Below, piece by piece: positions 11,384 through 20,981 of a stretch of 64,000 nucleotides of DNA. The stretch is from a plasmid. The notes below the pieces were generated by a model that ran no database searches, was not told where the DNA came from, and saw nothing but the letters and a program-made list of their open reading frames with translations. Made by a program: the position numbers and the translations under genes. Numbering within the stretch: the first letter of the stretch is position 1; every line of letters starts with the position of its first letter. Location: sequence record NZ_CP020440.2; one strand, 5' to 3'.

Positions 11384-11818
11384 ATCCGTTCAACCTCTAG
11401 TACGATAAGAGCCGAGGACTTTCTTTGTCCTCACGGTCCGTTGACGCCTCTGTCCTGCGCCGCCTTTGCAATTGCAAGGTTACGCAGGACAGAATCCTGT
11501 TGGTGTAGCGTCGTTTGCACAGTCGGGCTTTCGAGCATCGCAGGGAAAGGTCGGAAGGGATTGCGCGTCCTCCTGCATCATCGAACGCCAGTGCTCTGCC
11601 CCTATCCGTGCGGCGGCTCCTCCTCTTCTGCGGCCTTTCTGGCCAGGTATCTGTGCTTGCGTGTCGTGGGGCGCAGCTTGCGGAAGGACTGGCCATAGCG
11701 CAGTGGCTTAGCCGGTCGATTGTCGAGCCCATGTGCGCCAACCGCTCGGCCAGGACCTCGTCCGTGATCGAACGCGGAGGGCGTCAGAGAGGACAACTCG
11801 CCCATCCCCCGGCAACGT

Positions 11819-11920
11819 TCAGCCCGCCACCAGATAGGACGAAAGCCATTCCAGATGGGCCGCAAAAGGCTTGGGGTTGAAGCGGTCCTGATCGTCGAAG
11901 GGCGTGACGGGATAGGACAA
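11819..11920 (-). pseudogene. 3' remnant (~33 codons, ...VTPFDDQDRFNPKPFAAHLEWLSSYLVAG*) of an unknown gene truncated at the left end of the IS256-family element
   Basis: The in-frame coding-looking C-terminus begins exactly at the IS boundary and has no start codon. Confidence 0.35.
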
Positions 11921-12299
11921 AAGCGGTCACGTCTGTCAAGCTGGTGTAAATTCCGTGATAGCCTGAGGGCATGATCAGGCGGCTTTCGTGGTTATGCTGA
12001 GAATGGGGTCGATTTCCTCCTTGTCGATCTGAGCGAAGGCCTCGACCATCATGTAGCGGCTCGAGGTCTGCCATTCGTCGTTGGCTTCGAAGAGCACGGC
12101 GCCGATCAGCCGCATGATCGAGGCCTCGATGGGGAGTGAGGGCATGACTGCCATTGGTTCGAAGGAGTGCCCGAACGCCGACGACGTCGGCGCGGCGCTT
12201 CACCTCCTTGTTCAGGCGCTCGATCGGGTTGGTGCTGTGCAGCTTGGTGCGATGCTGGCGCGGGAAGGACATGCAGGCCAGCACGTCGTGTTCGCTCCT

Positions 12300-13685
12300 C
12301 GCCATTGGGCTCGAACCATGTATGGATGGCTCCCGCGTGGCAAGAGGCTTGTTATGTTCGACAACTGGTCGGGTGCGGCCATGTATTCGGCGTCTGATCT
12401 GCGGTGATCCCGCGCGCCCTGATGAACGTCCGCCTGAGGCCCGGGTCCCTATCAATGGCACGCGCTTAAGGCGCTCCGGTCCGAACGGGGTGTCCCTTCC
12501 TCATGTCCGTCAGTTTGCCATCATCTCACTCTGCCCTCGCCACCTCGTTCAGGCCAGCAGCAGCGGCCTGCAATCCTATCTGCTCAAGCCGGTCTCCAGG
12601 CTTCGCCCGTTTTCAGCATGGCCCAGATCGCCCGCGCCATGCGATTGGCCAAAGCGATGGCTGCAACCTTGAGCGGCTTTGTCGCGACCAGGCGGCCCAG
12701 CCAATCTGTGCTGGGTTCAGAAAGCCTGCGCGCGGAGATCACGCCCATGGCGCCAAGAGAGAGCAGCCGTCGGATATACCGGTTGCCCATCTTGGAAATG
12801 GAGCCCGGCCGTTCCTTGCCGCCACTTGAATGGGGCTTGGGCGTGAGCCCCAGCCAGGCAGGCAGATCACGGGCTGACCGGAAGCTCGACACATTGGGCA
12901 ACGTTGCCGCCAGAACGCTGGCGGTAATGGGCCCGATGCCGGGCATTGTCTGGAGCCGACGGGCTGTCTCGTCCACTTCCGCATCGGCTTTGATCTGAGC
13001 CGTCATGACATCGATGCGCTGCTTGGTGTCGCGGAACTGGCCGGCAAGCAGGTCGAGTGGCATCCGTGCCTCTGGCGGCAGACCAGCTGTCTCAGCCTCG
13101 GCAATGAGGCGACCCATGTTATGGACGCCTTTCGGAACGACAATGCCGAACTCGCCCAGATGTGCCCGGATCGCGTTGGCAAGTTGTGTCAGCTGACGGA
13201 CCAGAAAATCACGTGCCCGGTGCTGCATCAGCACCGCCTGCTGCTTCTCGGTCTTCAGCGGCACAAAGCGCATGTTGGGGCGAATGACGGCTTCGCAGAT
13301 GGCCTCTGCATCGGCCGCATCAGTCTTGCCCCGCTTAACAAAGGGTTTGACATAGGAAGGCGGGATCAGCCGCACGTCATGGCCAAGCTTTGCCAGTTCC
13401 CGCGCCCAGTGATGAGCTCCCGCGCAGGCTTCAATGCCAATGAGACAGGGGTGCAAGCGTGAGAAGAACAGCAGGACCTGTGCCCGCCTGACCTGCCGCC
13501 GCACGAGAACAGCGCCGTTCTCATCAACGGCATGAACCTGGAACAAGTTCTTGGCCAGATCCAGCCCGACCGTGGTAATCTCCTTCATGGATGGCTCCCT
13601 TCATTGGTCACTCTGACAGCAACCAATGTGGCACATTGTGATGCCGGGAGCGGGAGCCATCCACTCCATCAGTGGCGTTCTCATG
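12300..13685 (-). mobile_element. IS110-family insertion sequence (~1.4 kb) nested inside the IS256-family transposase gene
   Basis: It holds an intact DEDD-type transposase ORF flanked by ~280 bp (3') and ~100 bp (5') of non-coding sequence. The IS256 transposase reading frame resumes on either side (…LMDRA | SEHDVLAC…). Boundaries inferred from where IS256 homology is lost (+/-20 bp). Confidence 0.65.
12584..13588 (-). CDS. IS110-family transposase (DEDD/RuvC-like N-terminus plus Transposase_20 C-terminus), apparently intact
   Basis: 334 aa. MKEITTVGLDLAKNLFQVHAVDENG...IGIEACAGAHHWAREL... in the N-terminal domain; C-terminal ...LQTMPGIGPITASVLAATLPN...ISKMGNRYIRRLLSLGAM. Confidence 0.85.
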   Translation of the reverse strand: MKEITTVGLDLAKNLFQVHAVDENGAVLVRRQVRRAQVLLFFSRLHPCLIGIEACAGAHHWARELAKLGHDVRLIPPSYVKPFVKRGKTDAADAEAICEAVIRPNMRFVPLKTEKQQAVLMQHRARDFLVRQLTQLANAIRAHLGEFGIVVPKGVHNMGRLIAEAETAGLPPEARMPLDLLAGQFRDTKQRIDVMTAQIKADAEVDETARRLQTMPGIGPITASVLAATLPNVSSFRSARDLPAWLGLTPKPHSSGGKERPGSISKMGNRYIRRLLSLGAMGVISARRLSEPSTDWLGRLVATKPLKVAAIALANRMARAIWAMLKTGEAWRPA

Positions 13686-14835
13686 GCTCGATCCATCAGG
13701 TCGGCCAGTTTCGGCCAGCGGGGGCGCAGCTGCTCGGACACCTTGCGCCAGGTTTCCCCTGCATGGGCGCGGTCGGGCTGGTCGAACGCCTGGCGGATCG
13801 CGGCGGCAACGACGGTGTGCTGGCCGCGCGAGATATGGGCCAGGGCATTCCTGATCCAGTGAACGCGGCACCGCTGCCAGGTGGCTTCGAAGACCCGGGC
13901 GATGGCGGCCTTGAGCCCTGTGTGGGCATCGCTGATCACCAGCCTGACCCCGCCCAGGCCTCGGGCGCGCAAGGACCGAAGGAACTCGGTCCGAGACAGG
14001 TCTCCGCTTCCGAGGGGCCGATCCCCAGACCGATGATTTCGCGGCGGCCTTCGGTGTTGGCCGCGACGGCGATTATCGCCGCCACCGGCACGATCCGCCC
14101 GCCCTGCCGCACTTTCAGATAGGTGGCATCCAGCCAGACATAGGGCCATTCGCCGGTCAGCGGACGGTTCAGGAATTCGCCAACGCGCTCGTCATTCGCC
14201 GGGAAAACGATCCACCGGATCGTTTTCTGGCCCGGCTCATTCCTTGCAGAGCTTGGAAACGGTGCTCTTCGAGATACCGCTCAGCCCCATCGCCTGCACC
14301 AGATCATCGACGCGACGGGTCGAGACGCCGCTGATCCAGGCCTCCTGAATGACGGCCACCAGCGCCTGTTCCGAGGTCTTGCGGGCTTCAAGGAAGCCGG
14401 GGAAGTAGCTGCCCTGCCGCAGCTTCGGCACGCGCAGGTTCAATGTGCCCAGGCGGGTATCAAGGGCGCGCTCTCGATACCCGTTCCGCCAGGTGGTCCG
14501 CTCGCCGCTGCGCTCGTGCCGACCGGCCCCGATCAGGCCGTCGACATCGGTCTCCATGATCAGCTGCAGGACCGCCTCGGCAATGCCGCGCAGAAAATCG
14601 CCCTGATCATGCTTTGCCAGAAGCTCGGACAGGTCCATGGTGGGTTTGGTCATCGGGGGCTCCGTAGGATCCGTGGTTGAAGCGTCGAAACTCCACCTCG
14701 ATCATACACCTCGATGGCCACCCAGGATTACACCGGCAACGCCGATGAAATTACACCAGATCCTCGGACGCTAACACAAAAGCCCGGTGCGGATGATCTC
14801 GCGCAGGTGGTCGGGGGCGATCATGGGAACGTCCT

Positions 14836-15492
14836 TCATTGCAAATCCTCTGGCAGCAGCCCTTGTGGGAAGTTCTGGTAGCTGACGGGTCTGAGGAACC
14901 TTCGGATCGAGAGGGTTCCGACGGAGGTTGCGCCGAAGTTGGTCGAGGCGGGATAGGGTCCGCCGTGGACCATGGCGTCGCAGACCTCGACCCCGGTCGG
15001 AAAGCCGTTGACCAGCACCCGGCCCGCCTTGCGCTCGAGGATCGGCAGCAGCGCCTGCGCCGCGGCCAGATCGGCGTCCTCCATGTGGATCGTCGCCGTC
15101 AGCTGGCCCTCGAAGCCGCGCGCAAGGGCGGCCATCTCCTCCGGGCCGCGCACCCGCACCACCAGGCCCAGGGGCCCGAACACCTCCTCGCCAAGCGCAT
15201 GGTCCTGCAGATAAGCCTCGGCCGTGGTCTCATAAAGGTTCGGGCGCGCCATGCGGCCCTCGCTCTCGGTCGAGAGCACCGGGGTGACCGCGTTTCGCGC
15301 CTCGAACCGGGCCTGGCCCTCGCGATAGGCCCGGGCGATGCCCTCGGTCAGCATGACCTGCGCCCCGGTCCGTTCCAGCGCCGCGCGGGCCGATTGCGTG
15401 AACCTGTCGGCATGCTCGCCCTCCAGCACCACCGCGATGCCGGGGTTGGTGCAGAACTGCCCCGCCCCCATGGCGTCGTGCCCCCCGCCCGC
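14836..15492 (-). pseudogene. 3' half of an NAD(P)-dependent aldehyde dehydrogenase (KGSADH-like, catalytic GQFCTNPG region to the native stop); the 5' half is missing
   Basis: 211 aa ORF beginning MGAGQFCTNPGIAVV (the ALDH catalytic Cys motif). The upstream frame hits a stop at 15493-15495. No N-terminal ~270 aa anywhere nearby. Confidence 0.7.
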
Positions 15493-15831
15493 TCAATCAT
15501 CCATGCAGAAGGCGGTCGCCGACGATCCCGACCAAATGACGATTTTTCAGGAACTGGACGAGCTGTTCCATCAGACCCTGTTCGTCGAGTTAAACCGGGG
15601 CGGTTGCACCAGCTTGTGCGGGAACGCTCGGGCCATTTAGAACGGGGTCGGCATCTGCACCAGCCCGAGCAGGGCAAGGTGCTGAACATCCTGGCCGGTC
15701 ATCGTGCGATTGTCGAAGGGATCGCCTCGGGTGATGAATACCAAGCGGTGAACGCGATCCGGGACCACCTTAGCCAGACAGTCGCGCGGGTCGAGGCGCC
15801 GCCCCAGGAATTCCCGCACTATTTCGCCTGA
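15487..15831 (+). pseudogene. GntR/FadR-family regulator fragment (FCD C-terminal domain only, frameshifted; HTH missing)
   Basis: FCD-like ...FQELDELFHQTLFVELNRGG... in one frame (15500-15640) and ...KVLNILAGHRAIVEGIASGDEYQAVNAIRDHLSQT... in another, ending at 15831. It abuts the truncated ALDH head-to-head. Confidence 0.5.
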
Positions 15832-15888
15832 AGCCCTGCTGGGCGGGGCAAGTCGCAAGGGGGCGCGGACGCCCCCTTGCAAAACCGA

Positions 15889-16473
15889 TCACATGTCGGC
15901 CCATTCGAAGGCCGGCGCATTTTCCAGCGCGGCACGGTTGGCATTAAAGACGATGAAGTAATCGTTTTCGGAATCGCCGTCCCGGATGATGTGCAGCTGG
16001 TCCATCGCCACGGCCACGGACTTCTCGCCCATGCCCAGGAAGCCGCCGATGTCGACCAGCACGGCTTCGACCTTGCCGTCCTTGCTCAGGACCAGGTCGC
16101 TGATTTCGCCGATATCATCCCAGTCGTCGCCGGCCGCGTTCACGGTCGCGTTGGGATCGACGTCGGTCTCGGCGGCGTAAAGGCGCTTGCCGATAAAGGT
16201 TTCAGCCGACAGGTCGCCCGCCGCGGCGGTATAGCCGAAGCCCGCGGCAGGGGCCGTGGCAGTGGCGGTTGCATCGGGCGCGGCCGTCGTGGCGGCCGGC
16301 GCTTCGGCGTCCATCGGGGCCGTGGTGGCGGCGGCATCGGGGGCCGTGGTTGCAGGAGCCGTAGTGGCGGGGGCCGCGGTCCCCGGCGTGGTCGTGGTGT
16401 CGGTCGCGGTCTGCGCCAGCGCGGGGCCAGCAAGCATGGCAATCAGGGCGGTCGAGGCAAGCAGCTTGGTCAT
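15889..16473 (-). CDS. Secreted PRC-barrel domain protein with a Thr/Ala/Pro-rich low-complexity linker
   Basis: Start at MTKLLASTALIAMLAGPALA (signal peptide; CAT 16471-16473). The middle has TTTPGTAAPATTAPATTAPDAAATTAP repeats. The C-terminal FIGKRLYA...ISDLVLSKDGKVEAVLVDIGGFLGMGEKSVAV is a PRC-barrel fold signature. Confidence 0.65.
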   Translation of the reverse strand: MTKLLASTALIAMLAGPALAQTATDTTTTPGTAAPATTAPATTAPDAAATTAPMDAEAPAATTAAPDATATATAPAAGFGYTAAAGDLSAETFIGKRLYAAETDVDPNATVNAAGDDWDDIGEISDLVLSKDGKVEAVLVDIGGFLGMGEKSVAVAMDQLHIIRDGDSENDYFIVFNANRAALENAPAFEWADM

Positions 16474-16558
16474 GTCGTATCTCCATTGTTTGCCCGGCAG
16501 CGGCCGGCTGCCAAAACAACAGGCAGGCCACGGCGAGGTTCCCTGCCAACCGGGCAGG

Positions 16559-17322
16559 TCACGAATGGTTGTGTGCGCCACCCCGGTCTGGCCCGGTCCG
16601 AAGGCGCGGCCGCAGCAGGTAGACATCCATGATCCAGCCGTGGCGCGCCCGCGCCTGGGCTCGGGCGGCCAGGATCGGCGCCCGCATGCGGTCGAGCGGG
16701 CCCTGCATCAGGATTTCGCCCGGCATCCCCAGATAGGCGCCCCACCAGATGTCGAGATCGCCTTCGATTCCCGCAAGCGCGCTGCCGTCGTCCAGCATGA
16801 CCACGGTGCTGCCCGCGGGCAGGCCGTGGTCGCGGACCTGGCGGGCGGTGGTGATGGTGACCGGCCCGCCCAGCCGGTTCAGGGGAATGGCATGGGCCGC
16901 CGTCAGCGCCTGGACGGCGGTGATCCCGGGCACGACGCGCACCCGGGCTGCGGGGGAAAGCCGCCCCGCGATGCGCAGCGAACTGTCGTAAAGCGACGGA
17001 TCGCCCCAGACCAGCAGCGCGACCCGCGCGGCATTCCCCATCGCCCGGGTCCAGGCCGCCGCGACGGCATCGTGCCAGTCGCGGACCGCGCCCAGATAGT
17101 CGGACCGGGTTTCGCGCCGGGGCAGGTCGAATTCGACCACCCGCGCCGCCGGATTGGTCAGCACGCGCGACAGGATCAGCCGGCGCAGGTCGGCCAGATC
17201 GGCCTTGTCCGGGCCCTTGCGGGGCAGCAGGATGACCTCGGCGTCGTTGATCGCGGCCTCGGCGGCGCGGGTCAGGTGGTCGGGATTGCCGGTGCCGATT
17301 CCGATCAGGGCGATCTCAGCCA
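16559..17322 (-). CDS. cobF: Precorrin-6A synthase (deacetylating) CobF
   Basis: Start MAEIALIGIGTGNPDHLT (CAT 17320-17322); 254 aa; close to P. denitrificans CobF (WGDPSLYDS, VVPGITAVQAL). Confidence 0.85.
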
Positions 17323-18641
17323 TGACCGCCCCCCGCGCGCGCATCCGAAGCGACAAGGTGAAAGAATGTGCCGCTGACCCGCCCCCGGCAGGAGCCGGAC
17401 AGGGCGACGAGCGCGCCCTCGGCATCCTCGACCTGCGCCAGCGGGGGATCGGGCTGGGCCAGAACGGTCGAGTAGTGGAATTCGTGCCCGCGCAGCACTT
17501 CCCCCGCGGCATGGCCCGGCATCGGCGCCAGCAGCCGCGCCAGGCGATAGCCAAGCGCAAGCTTGCGCGCGGCAAAGCTGGTCTCCAGCCCCAGCAGGCC
17601 CGCCATGGCATGGCGCTGGCCCTGGGCGTCGACGATCCCCTGCCCCAGCACCATGTAGCCGCCGCATTCGCCATGCACGGGGCCCGCGAACCGCCGCAGC
17701 CCGTCCAGGAAGCGGCCTGCGGCCGCAAGGCGTCCCGCATGCAATTCGGGATAGCCGCCCGGCAGCCAGACCATGTCGGCCCCGGGGTCCGGCGCCTCGT
17801 CCGCCAGGGGCGAGAAGGGCAGGATCTCGGCCCCCGCCGCCCGCCAGTCCGCCAGCACATGCGGATAGACAAAGGAAAACGCCGCATCCTGCGCCAGGGC
17901 GATGCGCTGCGCAGGCGGGGGCGGCGCGGCGGCGGGCGCGCCCAGTCCGGCGCCCCGGGCCGCGTGCCGCAGGGCGCGCAGATCGACATGGTCGCGCAGG
18001 AAATCGGCATAGAGCGCGATCGCCGCCTCGAGCGCCGGATGCTCGGCCGCCTGGACCAGGCCCAGGTGCCGCTCGGGCAGGGTCAGGTCGCCGCGCCGGG
18101 GCAGGACGCCCAGCACCGGGACGCCCGCCTCCTCGCAGCCCAGCCGCAGCAGGCGTTCGTGGCGAGGGCTGGCGACGCGGTTCAGGATCACCCCGGCCAG
18201 ACCCGGCTGCGGCATCATCGCCGCAAAGCCCGCCGCGACCGCGCCCGCCGACTGCGCCTGCCCCCGCGCGTCCAAGACCAGCACCACGGGCCAGCCCATC
18301 ATCCGGGCCAGCTCCGCGCTGCTGCCGCGCCCGAGGGCCCCGGGCCTCGCCACGCCGTCGAAAAGGCCCATCGACCCCTCGGCCAGCACCAGGTCCGCGC
18401 CCTGCGCCGCCCCGGCCAGCCGCGCCAGCAGCCCCGCCCCCATCGCCCAGCTGTCAAGGTTCAGCGAGGGGCGGCCCGCCGCCTGCGCGTGAAAGGCCGG
18501 GTCGATGTAGTCCGGTCCGCTTTTGAACGGCTGGACCCGCAGCCCGTCCGCCGCAAGGGCGCGCAGCAGACCCAGCATCACCGTGGTCTTGCCGCAGCCC
18601 GAGGCAGGGGCCGCGATCATCAGGCCGGGCGGCACCGGCAT
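17316..18641 (-). CDS. cobB: Cobyrinic acid a,c-diamide synthase CobB
   Basis: Start [20 protein letters not shown] (P-loop), with a C-terminal glutamine amidotransferase-like domain. About 442 aa. Confidence 0.85.
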   Translation of the reverse strand: MPVPPGLMIAAPASGCGKTTVMLGLLRALAADGLRVQPFKSGPDYIDPAFHAQAAGRPSLNLDSWAMGAGLLARLAGAAQGADLVLAEGSMGLFDGVARPGALGRGSSAELARMMGWPVVLVLDARGQAQSAGAVAAGFAAMMPQPGLAGVILNRVASPRHERLLRLGCEEAGVPVLGVLPRRGDLTLPERHLGLVQAAEHPALEAAIALYADFLRDHVDLRALRHAARGAGLGAPAAAPPPPAQRIALAQDAAFSFVYPHVLADWRAAGAEILPFSPLADEAPDPGADMVWLPGGYPELHAGRLAAAGRFLDGLRRFAGPVHGECGGYMVLGQGIVDAQGQRHAMAGLLGLETSFAARKLALGYRLARLLAPMPGHAAGEVLRGHEFHYSTVLAQPDPPLAQVEDAEGALVALSGSCRGRVSGTFFHLVASDARAGGGHG

Positions 18642-19423
18642 CAGCCCTTCTCCGGGAAGCGGGGATTGTCGCCCCGGGGTCGATAGCGGCGGTCGTAATC
18701 GGCGGCGTAAAGCCGGCTTTCGTCGAAGCTTTCCGCCCCAAGGCTGCGGCCGACCAGGATCAGGGCGGTGCGGTCGATACCGTCCAGCGCCTCGGGCCCC
18801 AGGTCGGCCAGGGTGCCGCGCACCACCCTCTGATCGGGCCAGCTGGCGCGCCACACCACCGCGACGGGGCAATCGCCGCCCAGGATCGGCAGCAGCTCGT
18901 CCCGGACCCGGCCGTAGGCGTGGACCGACAGGTGCAGCGCCAGAACCGCGCCGGTCGCGGCGAAGGCGGCCAGGCTTTCGCCCCGTGGCATGGCGGAGGC
19001 GCGGCCGGGCGTGCGCGTCAGCACCACCGACTGCACCAGCCCGGGCAGCGTCAGTTCCGCCCCAAGCGTGGCGGCGGCGGCGGCAAAGGACGGCACGCCC
19101 GGCGTCACGTCATAGGGGATGCCCAGGGCGCGCAGCCGCCGGACCTGTTCGCCCAGGGCCGACCAGACCGACAGGTCGCCCGAATGCAGTCGGGCAACGT
19201 CCTGGCCGCGCGCATGGGCGGCCGCGATCTCCTCGACGATGGCATCGAGGTCCAGCGGCGCGGTGTCGACGATCCGCGCACCGGGCGGGCAATGGTCCAG
19301 CACCGCGCGCGGCACCAGCGATCCCGCGTAAAGGCAGACCGGCGAGGCCGCGATCAGGTCCCTGCCCCGCAGCGTCAGAAGATCCGGCGCGCCCGGCCCC
19401 GCCCCGATGAAATGCACCGTCAT
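18641..19423 (-). CDS. cobM: Precorrin-4 C11-methyltransferase CobM
   Basis: 260 aa [25 protein letters not shown]...[13 protein letters not shown], near-identical in pattern to P. denitrificans CobM. Confidence 0.9.
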   Translation of the reverse strand: MTVHFIGAGPGAPDLLTLRGRDLIAASPVCLYAGSLVPRAVLDHCPPGARIVDTAPLDLDAIVEEIAAAHARGQDVARLHSGDLSVWSALGEQVRRLRALGIPYDVTPGVPSFAAAAATLGAELTLPGLVQSVVLTRTPGRASAMPRGESLAAFAATGAVLALHLSVHAYGRVRDELLPILGGDCPVAVVWRASWPDQRVVRGTLADLGPEALDGIDRTALILVGRSLGAESFDESRLYAADYDRRYRPRGDNPRFPEKG

Positions 19424-19800
19424 GTCCCGTCCTTTCCCGCGCCAAGCCCCAAGGCCAGCGCCAGCGTTATCCTGTTGTTCCAGATGATCCGGCGCCCCAG
19501 CAGCCGCGCGCCCGGTCCCGCCGCCGCCAGGGCCGCGCCTTCGGCGACCGAGCCCACGCCCCGCGCGCGCAGAGAAGCCTTGCCCTGCGTCAGAACGGGC
19601 TGCGCCGCGAGCAGATCCGCCGGAACCGCGACCAGCGGCAGGCCCAGTTCGGCGGCCAGTTCGGCCAGCGCCGGGGCCTTGTCTGCAACGGTGGCCAGCG
19701 CATCCAGCCTGCCCCGGCCCGCCAGGGCCGCGCGCAGGTCGGCAACCGTCGTGCCCCGCCGGAACCCCAGCCCCGCGACGATCACAGCACCGTGCTCCAT
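19420..19800 (-). CDS. cobE: Cobalamin biosynthesis protein CobE (CbiG C-terminal-like)
   Basis: About 126 aa from [16 protein letters not shown]. Small protein between cobL and cobM, as in aerobic cob operons. The start codon is uncertain (the alternative is 19827). Confidence 0.55.
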   Translation of the reverse strand: MEHGAVIVAGLGFRRGTTVADLRAALAGRGRLDALATVADKAPALAELAAELGLPLVAVPADLLAAQPVLTQGKASLRARGVGSVAEGAALAAAGPGARLLGRRIIWNNRITLALALGLGAGKDGT

Positions 19801-20981
19801 TGCAGCAGCGGGCGGGCGGGCTGCCACCCGCTGCCCCGGCCCAGGGGTGCCGCGCTTTCCAGGGCGATCCGGGTCAGCGCGCCGCCATGCGCGGCGTGCA
19901 GCCCGATCAGCAGCCCTTCGGTCGCCAGCGTCACCGCATTGACCACCAGCCGGGCACGGGGTGCCGCGGCCTGCAGCCGGGCGAACAAGGCCGTGTCGAA
20001 ACCGCCGCCGACGAAAACCGCGTCCGGGGCCGGCAGGTCGGCCAGCACCTCGGCCGCCCTGCCCCTAAGCGCCGCCATCTGCCCGGCAAGGCCGAAGGCG
20101 GCGATATTGGCCTCGATATTGCCGATCCGGTCGGCGCGCGCCTCGACCGCCACCGCTCGGCCGCCCGCAAGGCACCATTCGACCGCGACCGACCCCGAGC
20201 CCGCGCCCAGGTCCCAGAGCATCTGCCCCCGGCGCGGGGCCAGGGCCGCCAGCGTCATGGCGCGGATCGCGGGCTTGGTGATCTGCCCGTCATGGGCGAA
20301 GGCCTCGATCGGGCGACCGGGAACGGCGGCCAGGCCGGGGGCGCCCGCGGCCTCGACCGCCAGCGCCAGCGCCAGCGGCGGCGCGGCGTCGGGGGGCATC
20401 GCTGCGGCCAGGCGCCGCACCCGTTCGCGCGGCCCGCCAAGCGCCTCAAGCAGCCACAGCGTCGATCCGCCGAAGCCCTGCGCGTCCAGCCAGTCCCGGA
20501 ACCCGGACGCCGCCGCCGCGTCCCGCAGCAGGCAGATCAGCCGCGCGCCCGGCGCCAGGTGCGGCAGGGCGGTGGCAAAGGGCGCGGCGTGCAGGCCCAG
20601 GCAGGCGGTCTCCTCGATCCGCCAGCCCAGCCGGGCGGTGGCCAGCGAGAATGTCGAGGGCGCGGGCCAGCAGCGCCATTCGCCAGGGCCCAGGTGGCGC
20701 GCGATGCTGCCTCCGGCCCCGAACCAGAACGGATCGCCCGAGGCGAGGACCACCACCCGCCGCCCCCGGCAGGCCAGCAGCGGGGCCAGGTCGAAGGGCA
20801 CCGGCCATGCACGCCCCCGCGCGCCGACCCCCGCCAGCGCCAGATGGCGCGGCCCGCCGAACACGATCTCGGCCGCGTCCAGCGCGGCGCGGCTTGCGGG
20901 GCAGAGGCCCGTCGGTCCATCCTCGCCCAGCCCGATGATGCCAAGCCAGGGCGCTTCGGTCCCAGCAAGAGGTTCACCCAT
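19782..20981 (-). CDS. cobL: Precorrin-6Y C5,15-methyltransferase (decarboxylating) CobL
   Basis: Start [22 protein letters not shown] (CAT 20979-20981). Two methyltransferase halves (…[12 protein letters not shown]… and …[14 protein letters not shown]…). Confidence 0.85.
   Translation of the reverse strand: MGEPLAGTEAPWLGIIGLGEDGPTGLCPASRAALDAAEIVFGGPRHLALAGVGARGRAWPVPFDLAPLLACRGRRVVVLASGDPFWFGAGGSIARHLGPGEWRCWPAPSTFSLATARLGWRIEETACLGLHAAPFATALPHLAPGARLICLLRDAAAASGFRDWLDAQGFGGSTLWLLEALGGPRERVRRLAAAMPPDAAPPLALALAVEAAGAPGLAAVPGRPIEAFAHDGQITKPAIRAMTLAALAPRRGQMLWDLGAGSGSVAVEWCLAGGRAVAVEARADRIGNIEANIAAFGLAGQMAALRGRAAEVLADLPAPDAVFVGGGFDTALFARLQAAAPRARLVVNAVTLATEGLLIGLHAAHGGALTRIALESAAPLGRGSGWQPARPLLQWSTVL

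Larger units (their letters stand above)
11975..14653 (-). pseudogene. IS256-family (Mutator-like) transposase pseudogene: at least two frameshifts and interrupted by the IS110-family insertion
   Basis: N-terminal piece MTKPTMDLSELLAKHDQGDF...KLCKE runs into a stop, then a shifted frame gives ...IDERVGEFLNRPLTGEWPYVWLDATYLKVRQGGRIV.... A further shift gives FLRSLRARGLGGVRLVISDAHTGLKAAIARVFEATWQRCRVHWIRNALAH...KLADLMDRA. After the insertion come SEHDVLACMSFPRQHRTKLHSTNPIERLNKEVKRRADVVGV and (shifted) ITRLIGAVLFEANDEWQTSSRYMMVEAFAQIDKEEIDPILSITTKAA*. Confidence 0.8.
11920..14792 (-). mobile_element. IS256-family insertion sequence (decayed), carrying a nested IS110-family element. Imperfect terminal inverted repeats share a CTGGTGTAA core near both ends
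   Basis: Three transposase pieces in IS256 order on the minus strand (N-terminal 14237..14653, middle 13685..14149, C-terminal 11975..12299). Left-end sequence gacaaaagcggtcacgtctgtcaagctggtgtaaattcc vs reverse complement of right end gggcttttgtgttagcgtccgaggatctggtgtaatttc. Boundaries approximate (+/-10 bp). Confidence 0.75.

Noticed and set aside
11397-11741. 114-aa minus-strand ORF, and overlapping small plus-strand ORFs, between the sulfotransferase and the IS
   Set aside because: Arg-rich, no start context or domain features, and mutually overlapping in different frames. More likely non-coding promoter/remnant DNA.
15848-15880. GC-rich hairpin GCAAGGGGGCGcggaCGCCCCCTTGC downstream of the PRC-barrel gene
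   Set aside because: The A-tract follows the stem on the plus strand and the T-tract precedes it on the minus strand. That is the wrong polarity for an intrinsic terminator of either neighbouring gene; possibly a remnant structure.
16250-16440. Degenerate tandem GGCGGC-type repeats
   Set aside because: They lie inside the PRC-barrel gene and encode its TTAPATTAP linker. This is coding low-complexity sequence, not a CRISPR array or an intergenic VNTR.
15877-16632. 251-aa plus-strand Gly/Arg-rich ORF
   Set aside because: Exactly antisense to the PRC-barrel gene's low-complexity linker; a compositional artefact.
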